Assembly (NCBI GenBank): GCA_963788195.1
Contig: CAWBGA010000013.1
Span: 192,001-256,000 of the forward strand
Source of the DNA: Nitrospirota bacterium
GTDB taxonomy: Bacteria; Nitrospirota; Nitrospiria; Nitrospirales; NS-4
Length of the DNA: 64,000 bases
Direction: 5' to 3'
The position numbers and the translations under genes are program-made. Shown here one piece after another: positions 43,343 to 52,220 of this stretch (the stretch's first letter is position 1; every line of letters starts with the position of its first letter). A model generated the notes under the pieces. It made no database searches and had not been told where the DNA came from. It saw only the letters and a program-made list of their open reading frames with translations.

Positions 43343-44707
43343 ATGGACGATGCAGTGTTCTACGATCGGCTTCAATTTGCCTTCACGGTGACGTTCCACT
43401 ACCTCTTTCCCCAGCTGACCATGGGACTGGTCTTGCTTCTTGTCTACTTCCGTACACGGGCTCTTGTGACCGGCGACGGCCATTATCAAGAGGTGGCAAA
43501 GTTCTGGACCAAGATCTTTGCCCTCGGTTTCGCCTTCGGGGTCGTCACCGGAATCCCACTGGAATTCCAGTTCGGCACCAACTGGGCGAAGTTCTCCAAC
43601 TTCGCGGGCGGCGTGATCGGCCAACTCTTGGCGATGGAGGGCCTTTTCGCCTTCGCCCTTGAATCGTCGTTCCTTGGCCTCTTGCTGTATGGCGAGAAGC
43701 GCTTCAGTGCGTTCGTTCAATGGATGGCGACGGTGATGCTCTTTCTCGGCTCATGGCTTTCGGGTTATTTCATCATCGCGACCAACGCGTGGATGCAGCA
43801 TCCCGTTGCCTATTCCGTTGCTGAGGATGGACGGCTGTTCGTGAACAGCCTGACCGGCCTGCTGACGAATCCGTGGATCTTCTGGCAATACGCGCACAAC
43901 ATGACTGCGGCGGTCGTCACGGCGTCATTCGTCATGGCCGCCATCGGCGCGTTCTATTTACTGTCCGGCCAGCATGTGACACACGCAAAGACGTTCGTGA
44001 AGACCGGCGTGGTGGCCGGGGCCATCGGGTGCGTGCTCCTCATTTTTCCCACCGGCGACGGCAATGCCAAGCAGGTGTTCAAGTATCAGCCCATAAAGGG
44101 CGCGGCGTTTGAGGGATTGTTCCGCACGGAGCGGGCCGCAGGCTTGCTGGTGATCGGGCAGCCGAATATGGACACGTTGACGATTGATAACCCGTTGGTG
44201 CTGCCGGGCGTGCTCAGCCTTCTCGTGTACGAAGAACTGTACGCCCAGGTGAAGGGCCTCGATGCCTTCCCACGCAAGGACTGGCCGGACAACGTGCCGT
44301 TGCTCTACTACTCGTATCACATCATGGCAGGGCTGGGAACGATTCTGGCTGCCCTGATGGGATTGTCGCTCTTGTTCTTGTGGCGCGGTCGGCTGTTCCG
44401 CACGCCGTGGCTGCTGTGGCTCATCATGCTGAGCGCGCCGTTTCCCTATATCGCGACGACGGCAGGGTGGATGACGGCTGAGCTCGGCCGCCAGCCTTGG
44501 CTCGTGTATGGCTTGATGCGGACCGCCGACGGTATTTCCCCGCTCGTGCATTCCGGCAATGCCCTGTTCACCCTGCTTGGTTTCCTCGGGATGTATCTGT
44601 TGTTGGGGCTCCTGTTTCTCTTCCTGATGCTCGAAACGATCACGAGCGGGCCGGTTCCGGTCGAGCACCGGTCGGCAACCCACGAAGGTGCGCACTCGGT
44701 CTCGTAA
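43343..44707 (+). CDS. cydA: Cytochrome bd quinol oxidase subunit I (short Q-loop)
   Basis: RLQF, FHYLF, EFQFGTNW, QPIKGAAFEG, YHIMAG, ELGRQPW. Confidence 0.96.
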   Translation: MDDAVFYDRLQFAFTVTFHYLFPQLTMGLVLLLVYFRTRALVTGDGHYQEVAKFWTKIFALGFAFGVVTGIPLEFQFGTNWAKFSNFAGGVIGQLLAMEGLFAFALESSFLGLLLYGEKRFSAFVQWMATVMLFLGSWLSGYFIIATNAWMQHPVAYSVAEDGRLFVNSLTGLLTNPWIFWQYAHNMTAAVVTASFVMAAIGAFYLLSGQHVTHAKTFVKTGVVAGAIGCVLLIFPTGDGNAKQVFKYQPIKGAAFEGLFRTERAAGLLVIGQPNMDTLTIDNPLVLPGVLSLLVYEELYAQVKGLDAFPRKDWPDNVPLLYYSYHIMAGLGTILAALMGLSLLFLWRGRLFRTPWLLWLIMLSAPFPYIATTAGWMTAELGRQPWLVYGLMRTADGISPLVHSGNALFTLLGFLGMYLLLGLLFLFLMLETITSGPVPVEHRSATHEGAHSVS

Positions 44708-44721
44708 GGAGAGACGCTCGC

Positions 44722-45750
44722 GTGGAGATTTTCTGGTATGTAGCGGTGACCGTGACACTGGCCGTTTTTGTTGCTCTCGACGGCTTCGACTTGGGAGTCG
44801 GCATCCTCTACCCGTTCGTGGCACGGACCGAACAGGAGCGACGAACGGCCTTGGCTTCAATCGGTCCCATGTTCAACGGCAACGAAGTGTGGCTGATCGT
44901 GGCCGGCGGGTTACTGTTCTTCGCGTTTCCCAAGGCCTACGCGGCCGGGTTCAGCGGCTTCTACCTCGCGCTGATCATCGTGCTGTGGCTGTTCATGTTC
45001 CGTGGACTCGCGTTGGAACTGCGATCGCATGTGGACAATCCGCTGTGGCGGCAGTTGTGCGACGTAACCTTTTCGGGCGCGAGTCTTTTTCTGGCCATTG
45101 TCCTCGGCGCCGCGTTAGGCAACTTGATTCGCGGCGTGCCGCTGAATCGCGACGGTTATTTCTTCGTCGCGCTGTGGACAGACTTCTTGACGGGTCCAGA
45201 GCCAGGGATTCTGGATTGGTTCACCGTGCTCATGGGGCTCGCGAGTGCCGCGATCTTGGCCTTGCATGGAGCCAACTATCTCGCGATGAAAACGAAGGGC
45301 GACCTCTATGCGCGGGCCGTGGCCGCGGCAAAACTGGTGGGCTGGCTGGCGCTTGGAAGTGCGGTGGTGGTCAGGCTTGGGATCACGTTCGTACAGCCGG
45401 ATCTTCGGCTCAACTATATCGCCCATCCGGTGGGCTATATCTTTCCCGTCGGCGGGGCGATCGCGCTTATCGCGACGCTCGTGCTGCGACGACGGCAGCG
45501 CGACGTTGCCGCATTCATGACCTCGAGCCTGTTCATCCTTGCAATGCTCGGAAGTGTCGCCTGGGGCTGCTATCCGAACATCCTGATCGCGACGACGGAC
45601 CCGGCAAACAGTCTCACGATCTTCAACGCCACCGCCGGCGCCTACAGCCTGCAAGTCGGGGTCGTGTGGTTTGTCATAGGACTTGTGCTGTTCATCGCCT
45701 ATCAGGTCTTTGCCCACCGCTTCTTCTGGGGAAAGGTCCCGAGCCAATGA
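44722..45750 (+). CDS. cydB: Cytochrome bd oxidase subunit II
   Basis: AAGGAG RBS, GTG start; LDGFDLGVG, NEVWL, FAFP. Confidence 0.95.
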   Translation: MEIFWYVAVTVTLAVFVALDGFDLGVGILYPFVARTEQERRTALASIGPMFNGNEVWLIVAGGLLFFAFPKAYAAGFSGFYLALIIVLWLFMFRGLALELRSHVDNPLWRQLCDVTFSGASLFLAIVLGAALGNLIRGVPLNRDGYFFVALWTDFLTGPEPGILDWFTVLMGLASAAILALHGANYLAMKTKGDLYARAVAAAKLVGWLALGSAVVVRLGITFVQPDLRLNYIAHPVGYIFPVGGAIALIATLVLRRRQRDVAAFMTSSLFILAMLGSVAWGCYPNILIATTDPANSLTIFNATAGAYSLQVGVVWFVIGLVLFIAYQVFAHRFFWGKVPSQ

Positions 45751-45805
45751 GCCGCCATTTCAGGCTGATGATATGTGGATGGATACGAATGGCAGGGGCG
45801 AGCTT

Positions 45806-45958
45806 ATGAGCGAAGGGATCCCGGTCATCTACCTCGCCAGGCACGGTGAGACCGACTGGAGCCTCTCGGGCCAGCACACGGGACCCAGCGCATTATCCCA
45901 GAACTCGAGAACAAAGCAGAGCTCAGGGGCGACCATGATAGTTCAACGAACAACCTGA
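45806..45958 (+). pseudogene. Truncated histidine phosphatase (N-terminus only)
   Basis: MSEGIPVIYLARHGETDWSLSGQHTG then unrelated sequence; paralogous to 57014-57598. Confidence 0.8.
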
Positions 45959-45989
45959 TCCGGCGCTACCGAAAGCAGAAGGGAGTGTC

Positions 45990-46892
45990 ATGAAAACTCT
46001 CGGCATTGACCAACAACAGCAGCAGAAAATGAAGACCCATCCCGGTTTCATTGCCGCGCTGGATCAAAGCGGTGGCAGCACGCCCGGCGCGCTGCGGCTT
46101 TACGGAATCAAAGAAGGGGCATGGTCCGACGAGGATGAGATGTTTGCGATCGTGCATAAGATGCGTACGCGCATGATCACCAGCCCCAGCTTCAGCGGCG
46201 AGCGGATTATTGCCGTCATCCTGTTCGAGAACACCATGGACCGGGACATCGAGGGGCGGCCGAGCGCGGACTATCTCTGGAACGTCAAAGGTGTGGTGCC
46301 TTTTCTGAAAGTGGATAAGGGCCTTGCCGCTGAGAAGGACGGGGTTCAGTTGATGAAGCCCATGCCCGCACTGGCTTCACTGCTGGACAAAGCGAAAGCA
46401 AAGCACATCTTCGGAACCAAGATGCGCTCATTCATCAAGCACGCCAATCCCGCCGGCATCAAGGACATCGTGAGCCAGCAGTTCGAAGTCGCTGGGCAGA
46501 TCCTCGCTGCCGGCCTCATGCCGATCATCGAGCCGGAAGTTGACATTCACAGCCCCGAGAAGGCCAAGGCTGAAGCGTTGCTCAAGGCGGGCATCCTCGA
46601 GAAACTTAACGATCTGCCGGCGGGTGCGGCGGTCATGCTCAAGCTGACGCTTCCGGAGCAAGACGACTTCTACGCCGATTGCGTCAGACATCCCAATGTT
46701 TTAAGGGTCGTTGCGCTGTCGGGCGGTTATGGGCGGGAGGAAGCCAACGACCGCCTGCGCAGGAATCACGGCATCGTGGCGAGCTTTTCACGGGCGTTGG
46801 TTGAAGGGCTGTCGGTCCAGCAATCCGACGCGGAGTTCGATGCGGTCCTGGACAAATCCATTCAGAGCATCTTTGAGGCCTCCAATACCTGA
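45990..46892 (+). CDS. fda: Class I fructose-bisphosphate aldolase (short bacterial Fda type)
   Basis: AALDQSGGSTP, LKVDKG, GTKMRS, IIEPEV, ALSGGY, ASFSRAL. Confidence 0.92.
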   Translation: MKTLGIDQQQQQKMKTHPGFIAALDQSGGSTPGALRLYGIKEGAWSDEDEMFAIVHKMRTRMITSPSFSGERIIAVILFENTMDRDIEGRPSADYLWNVKGVVPFLKVDKGLAAEKDGVQLMKPMPALASLLDKAKAKHIFGTKMRSFIKHANPAGIKDIVSQQFEVAGQILAAGLMPIIEPEVDIHSPEKAKAEALLKAGILEKLNDLPAGAAVMLKLTLPEQDDFYADCVRHPNVLRVVALSGGYGREEANDRLRRNHGIVASFSRALVEGLSVQQSDAEFDAVLDKSIQSIFEASNT

Positions 46893-46896
46893 GCAG

Positions 46897-46929
46897 GCCA
46901 TGACCGGGGAATCGCCATGACCGGGGAAT
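46897..46929. repeat. Tandem duplication GCCATGACCGGGGAAT x2 (17-nt period)
   Basis: Read directly from the sequence. Confidence 0.8.
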
Positions 46930-47000
46930 TGAGATTGCGCCAGTACGAGGATTCTGAAACCTGAACGAGTCGCGTGCCGACATCAGCAAAGGAGTGACAT

Positions 47001-48017
47001 ATGCAACTTGGAATGATCGGACTCGGTCGGATGGGCGCGAACATGGTGCGGCGGCTCCTGAAGGGAGGTCATCAGTGCGTGGCCTTTGACAGGTCGTCGA
47101 AAGCAGTCAAGGAGTTGGCCCAGGAGAAAGCCATTGGCGCCTCCTCGCTCGCGGACCTCGTGAAGAATCTGGAGAAGCCGCGGGCGGTCTGGTTGATGGT
47201 CCCGGCGGCGGTCGTGGACAAAAGCATCGCTGACCTCCTGCCCTATCTTGAGGAAGAGGACATCCTCATCGACGGCGGCAATTCATACTACGTGGACGAC
47301 ATCCGGCGCGCAAAGGAACTCGCGCCGAAGCGGATCCACTACGTGGACGTGGGGACGAGCGGTGGTGTCTGGGGCCTGGAGCGAGGGTATTGCATGATGA
47401 TCGGGGGTGAGAACAGGGTGGTCAAGTACCTCGATCCAATTTTCGCGACGCTGGCGCCCGGGAGGGACGCGGCGCCTCGGCTGCCGGGGCGGGAGAAGGT
47501 GGACGGCACTGCCGAGCAGGGCTACCTGCACTGCGGGCCGAACGGCGCCGGCCACTTTGTCAAGATGGTGCACAACGGCATTGAGTACGGGCTCATGGCC
47601 GCCTACGCCGAGGGGCTGGGCATCCTGCGCGCCGCCAACATCGGCAAGGAGGAACATGCGATCGACGCCGAGACGACGCCATTGCGCGAACCCGAGCACT
47701 ACCAGTACGACTTCAATCTGCCTGACATCGCGGAGGTGTGGCGGCGCGGGAGTGTGATTGCCTCGTGGCTGCTGGACCTGACCGCTTCCGCCTTGCTCAA
47801 GGACCCCGACCTCTCGAAATTCGCGGGACGAGTGTCGGATTCCGGCGAAGGGCGGTGGACGATCAAGGCCGCCATCGACGAGGCCGTGCCGGTGCCTGTG
47901 CTCACCACGGCGCTCTACGAACGGTTCAGCTCACGCGGCGAATCGGATTTCCAGGACAAACTGCTGTCGGCGATGCGGTACGAGTTCGGCGGGCACCTGG
48001 AAATATCCGCGAAATGA
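47001..48017 (+). CDS. gnd: 6-phosphogluconate dehydrogenase, decarboxylating (short type)
   Basis: [40 protein letters not shown]. Confidence 0.95.
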   Translation: MQLGMIGLGRMGANMVRRLLKGGHQCVAFDRSSKAVKELAQEKAIGASSLADLVKNLEKPRAVWLMVPAAVVDKSIADLLPYLEEEDILIDGGNSYYVDDIRRAKELAPKRIHYVDVGTSGGVWGLERGYCMMIGGENRVVKYLDPIFATLAPGRDAAPRLPGREKVDGTAEQGYLHCGPNGAGHFVKMVHNGIEYGLMAAYAEGLGILRAANIGKEEHAIDAETTPLREPEHYQYDFNLPDIAEVWRRGSVIASWLLDLTASALLKDPDLSKFAGRVSDSGEGRWTIKAAIDEAVPVPVLTTALYERFSSRGESDFQDKLLSAMRYEFGGHLEISAK

Positions 48018-48027
48018 GAAGAACACG

Positions 48028-49410
48028 GTGAACGTTCCCCATTCTGACGCTGACGCCCTGGTCTTCTTCGGCGCCACGGGCGATCTGGCCTACAAGAAAA
48101 TCTTCCCATCGCTGCAGGCGATGCTGAAACGCAGCCACCTCAACGTGCCCGTCATTGGGGTAGCCAAAGCCGGCTGGACCCTCGACCAGCTTCGGGCGCG
48201 GGCGCGCGACAGCCTCGAGAAACACGGAGGGGTCGATCCCGCGGCGTTCGATAAGTTGTGCGGGTTACTGCGATATGTTGACGGCGACTATAAGGATCCG
48301 GCGACCTTCCAGTCTATTCGCAAGGAGCTCGGCGCCGCGCAGCGGGTGGCACACTACCTCGCCATCCCGCCAACGCTCTTCGGGTTGGTCGTGGAGCAAC
48401 TGGCGAAGTCGGGCTGCACCAACGGTGCTCGCGTCATCGTCGAAAAGCCCTTCGGGACCGACCTCGCCTCGGCGCAGGAGTTGAACCGTATTCTGCTCGG
48501 AACGTTTCCGGAGAGCGCGATCTTCCGTATCGATCATTATCTCGGGAAGCGACCCATCAACAATATGCTGTACTTCCGCTTTGCGAATGCGCTCCCCGAG
48601 ACGTTCTGGAACCGTACCCATGTGCAGAGTGTGCAGATTACGATGGCGGAAGACTTCGGCGTCCAGGGGCGGGGCGCCTTCTACGATGGGACGGGGACTA
48701 TCCGGGACGTGGTCCAGAATCATCTCTTCCAGGTCTTGGCCAACCTGGCCATGGAGCCTCCTATCAGAATGGATAGCGAATCGATTCGTGATGAAAAGGT
48801 CAAGGTACTCAAGGCCATTCCCCCGCTGGATGAGAAGAACCTTGTCCGTGGGCAATTCCGCGGTTACCGCAACGAGAAGGGAGTGGCGCCGGACTCACAG
48901 GTGGAAACGTTCGCGGCCCTGCGGCTGGCGATTAACTCCTGGCGTTGGCAAGGGGTGCCGTTCTTCATCCGGGCGGGCAAGTGCTTGCCGTTCACATGCA
49001 CGGAGATCCTACTCCGGCTGCGTCGGCCGCCCACGGCCTATCCTTCCGCGAGTTTGGCGCCGAACCATCTGCGATTCCGGGTCAATCCCGACACGACACT
49101 CGCATTCGGTATGATGGCCCCCAAAATCGGTGAAGGGATGGTAGGCCAGGTGATAGAAGCGGTGGTCAGCCGTAATGCCCAGCCGGATGAGATAGATGCG
49201 TACGAACGGGTGTTGACAGACGCCATGGCTGGAGATGCGACCCTGTTTGCGCGTCAGGATTATGTGGAAGAGGCGTGGCGAATCGTCGATCCGGTTCTGA
49301 AGAAGGGCACCCCGGTCTACGAATACGAACCGGGTTCGTGGGGGCCGAGTGAGGTCAACGAGAGCGTGTCGCCAGCCGAAGGCTGGCAGAATCCAACCGT
49401 GACAAACTAG
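48028..49410 (+). CDS. zwf: Glucose-6-phosphate dehydrogenase
   Basis: GATGDLA, EKPFG, RIDHYLGK, DVVQNHL. Confidence 0.96.
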   Translation: MNVPHSDADALVFFGATGDLAYKKIFPSLQAMLKRSHLNVPVIGVAKAGWTLDQLRARARDSLEKHGGVDPAAFDKLCGLLRYVDGDYKDPATFQSIRKELGAAQRVAHYLAIPPTLFGLVVEQLAKSGCTNGARVIVEKPFGTDLASAQELNRILLGTFPESAIFRIDHYLGKRPINNMLYFRFANALPETFWNRTHVQSVQITMAEDFGVQGRGAFYDGTGTIRDVVQNHLFQVLANLAMEPPIRMDSESIRDEKVKVLKAIPPLDEKNLVRGQFRGYRNEKGVAPDSQVETFAALRLAINSWRWQGVPFFIRAGKCLPFTCTEILLRLRRPPTAYPSASLAPNHLRFRVNPDTTLAFGMMAPKIGEGMVGQVIEAVVSRNAQPDEIDAYERVLTDAMAGDATLFARQDYVEEAWRIVDPVLKKGTPVYEYEPGSWGPSEVNESVSPAEGWQNPTVTN

Positions 49411-49528
49411 TCGGGGATTCGAGACACGCTCATGAAAATGGAAGTGGCAATGGGATCTGTATATTCCTTGGAGAACCTGTTATAGAGCGGCAAATTTATT
49501 GTCTTGGTATGTCTGTGAGGAGCGAGAG

Positions 49529-50080
49529 ATGAGACCTGACGAGGACCCCGAGGACAAAGTTTTGTCCCGTTGCGATACTCCGGCCGGCACACGCAGGACA
49601 TTTTTTCAGTGGGTCATTCGTGTGGCTGCCGGCGTGATCGGTGCAAGCCTCGCAATTCCACTCGTCGGCTATGTGATCTCGCCGGCTCTCAAGCGACGCG
49701 AGAAGCCCTGGGTGGAGATTGGAGGAGTGGATCAATTGAACGCCGGCGATCCCAAACAACTCGATTATGTGGCGACTATTCGGGATGGCTATATCGAAAC
49801 GCAGGCCCACAAGGCGGTTTGGGCGGTAAAGCAGTCGGACGGGGAGATCACAGTCTTCTCACCGATGTGCACCCATCTTGGGTGTGGGTATCGTTGGGAG
49901 GGCGAAGAACGCAAGTTCAAATGTCCCTGTCACGGGAGTGTGTTCGACCTGTCCGGGGAGGTGTTGGCAGGTCCAGCGCCCCGACGCTTGGACAAGCTGC
50001 CAACCAAGGTGGAGAATGGCCGCCTTCTCGTGATGTACAAGGAATTCAAGTCCGGGGTCCGGTCTCAGGTTGAATTGTAG
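49529..50080 (+). CDS. Rieske 2Fe-2S subunit of a bc-type complex
   Basis: Tat-like TRRTFF plus TM helix; CTHLGC and CPCHGS; GPAPR. Confidence 0.92.
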   Translation: MRPDEDPEDKVLSRCDTPAGTRRTFFQWVIRVAAGVIGASLAIPLVGYVISPALKRREKPWVEIGGVDQLNAGDPKQLDYVATIRDGYIETQAHKAVWAVKQSDGEITVFSPMCTHLGCGYRWEGEERKFKCPCHGSVFDLSGEVLAGPAPRRLDKLPTKVENGRLLVMYKEFKSGVRSQVEL

Positions 50081-50302
50081 GAGTCGGGACTGCGCGAGAT
50101 GCGAGGCGCCAGAGCTCCTGAAAACGGAGGCTGACATGGCTGCTCCCCCTGGGGCATCTGAAGGACGATGAAATCGCCAGCATCCTCACCTACTTGCGGA
50201 ATTCATGGGGCAATCAAGGCGATGCGGTGTCCTCGGCCGAAGTCGCCGCGGAACGAGCGAAAACTTCCCACTGATTCACCGCTGATGATTGAGAGGCCAA
50301 CG

Positions 50303-50659
50303 ATGAGGAACATATTGAATGGGATGATATTCGGCAGTGCCTTGAGCCTAGGACTCATCGTATTGCAACCGCTTTCACTGGAAGCGGCAGGAGATCCCAC
50401 GAATGGAAGTCTTGTGTACGAGAAGCACTGCCTGGCTTGTCACGGACCGCAGGGGAAGGGTGATGGGCCGACGGGAAAGATGCTCAAGCCGCCGCCTGCG
50501 GATTTTACAAGTGCTGCGAGCAAGAAGAAGTCTGAAGCAGACCTGCGTCAGATCATCGAGAACGGGAAACCGGGGACGGCAATGGTTCCGTGGAAGGGGC
50601 AACTCTCGGAAACAGACATCATGAACGTGCTGGCGTATCTAAGTACCTTGAGAAAGTAG
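50303..50659 (+). CDS. Monoheme cytochrome c
   Basis: Signal peptide; CLACHG; GTAM distal Met. Confidence 0.9.
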   Translation: MRNILNGMIFGSALSLGLIVLQPLSLEAAGDPTNGSLVYEKHCLACHGPQGKGDGPTGKMLKPPPADFTSAASKKKSEADLRQIIENGKPGTAMVPWKGQLSETDIMNVLAYLSTLRK

Positions 50660-50689
50660 CAGCACCGGCAGGCATCTACAGGGGGTACT

Positions 50690-52015
50690 ATGGCTTCCCG
50701 TATTTACGCATGGCTCGATAGCCGTCTCAACCTGAAGTCAGTCCAAAAGACGTTACTGGATGAACCGATCCCTGGCGGCGCCAGCTGGATCTATGTATTC
50801 GGCTCGGCAACCCTCTTTCTATTCATCCTCCAAGCGGTCACCGGCATGTTTCTCGCCATCTACTATGCGCCCACGCCGGATCATGCCTATGACAGCGTCC
50901 AGTACATCGAGAACCAGGTGTCCTTCGGCTGGTTTGTCCGCGGCCTCCACCATTGGGGCGCCTCAGGGATGGTGGTTGCCGTCGGCTTGCACATGCTCCA
51001 AGTCTTCCTCTACGGCGCCTATAAGCCTCCCCGGGAGATGATGTGGATGGTGGGGATGGTGCTCTTCCTGATTGTTATGGGGTTTGCATTCACCGGCTAC
51101 CTTCTTCCATGGGATCAGACCGCGTACTGGGCGACGCAAGTTGGAATCAACATGGTGGGCACAGTGCCTTTTGTCGGGGAGTTCCTTGTGAAGGTCCTGC
51201 GTGGCGGAGAAACATTGGGGGCCCTGACACTGTCCCGATTCTTTGCCGTACATGTTCTGTTCTTGCCTGCGTTGATCCTCTTGGGAATCATGCTGCATCT
51301 GTTTATTCTGCGGCGAGTCGGCCCGGCCGGCCCCTGGGATGAGGCGAGGGCGGCCGCTCGCACGGAGACCTTTTATCCCCGGCAGGTTTATATGGATGCG
51401 GTGGTCATGCTGGCGGTGTTTGCTGTCCTCGCCGCACTGGCGTTCGCAGTCCCGATTCCGCTGACGGACAAGGCCGATCCATCGGATACCAGTTTTGTGC
51501 CGGTGCCTGAGTGGTATTTTCTTTTCTATTACGAATTCCTGAAGCACGTGCACGGGCCGCTGGAGCCGTTGGTCACGTGGGTGCTTCCCGGGCTCGTCGT
51601 GCTTGTCATGCTGTTCTGGCCCTTCATTGATCGCAGGAAGTCCCGCAATCCTGCCTCGCGTCCCATCGGTATGGCGCTGGGAGTCCTGTTCTTGGTCTTC
51701 GTCTTCTCCCTGCTCGGCATCTCCCTGAAGAATCTCTATGCGGTGAAACGAGTGGACCCGGCAGTAGCGCACGGCAAGGCACTCGTCAAACAGTTTGGCT
51801 GCGCCGGCTGCCATCGGATTCACGGCGAAGGGGGGGCCATCGGGCCCGACCTGTCATACATCGGCGATCAACGGCCGGAACGCGAGTGGCACATCAAGCA
51901 CTTCCGCGATCCCCAGTCGGTTGCCCCCGGCTCCATCATGCCCAAATTTCCTCTCTCCGATCAGGAGCTCAATGACCTCACCAGTTACATGCTGAGCCTC
52001 CGGCGTGGCAGTTAG
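50690..52015 (+). CDS. Cytochrome b with C-terminal fused cytochrome c
   Basis: RGLHHW, GYLLPWDQ, RFFAVH, PEWY; CAGCH...GSIMP. Confidence 0.92.
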   Translation: MASRIYAWLDSRLNLKSVQKTLLDEPIPGGASWIYVFGSATLFLFILQAVTGMFLAIYYAPTPDHAYDSVQYIENQVSFGWFVRGLHHWGASGMVVAVGLHMLQVFLYGAYKPPREMMWMVGMVLFLIVMGFAFTGYLLPWDQTAYWATQVGINMVGTVPFVGEFLVKVLRGGETLGALTLSRFFAVHVLFLPALILLGIMLHLFILRRVGPAGPWDEARAAARTETFYPRQVYMDAVVMLAVFAVLAALAFAVPIPLTDKADPSDTSFVPVPEWYFLFYYEFLKHVHGPLEPLVTWVLPGLVVLVMLFWPFIDRRKSRNPASRPIGMALGVLFLVFVFSLLGISLKNLYAVKRVDPAVAHGKALVKQFGCAGCHRIHGEGGAIGPDLSYIGDQRPEREWHIKHFRDPQSVAPGSIMPKFPLSDQELNDLTSYMLSLRRGS

Positions 52016-52220
52016 GCGGGCACATCGTCTTCGGCGCCACCGCTTTCGAACCGACAATCGGCCGTAGGGTGAAGGTCTCCTTTTAGGATCCTGATGGGAA
52101 GCTGTATTTTTTTGGAGGACATGATATAGAGGAGAAAGATAACGTAAGGCAATTAACTTGCCTCTTGGGCGGGGGATCATAAGTATATGCTGAGTCCTTT
52201 TAATCAAAGACCGGTGTCCC

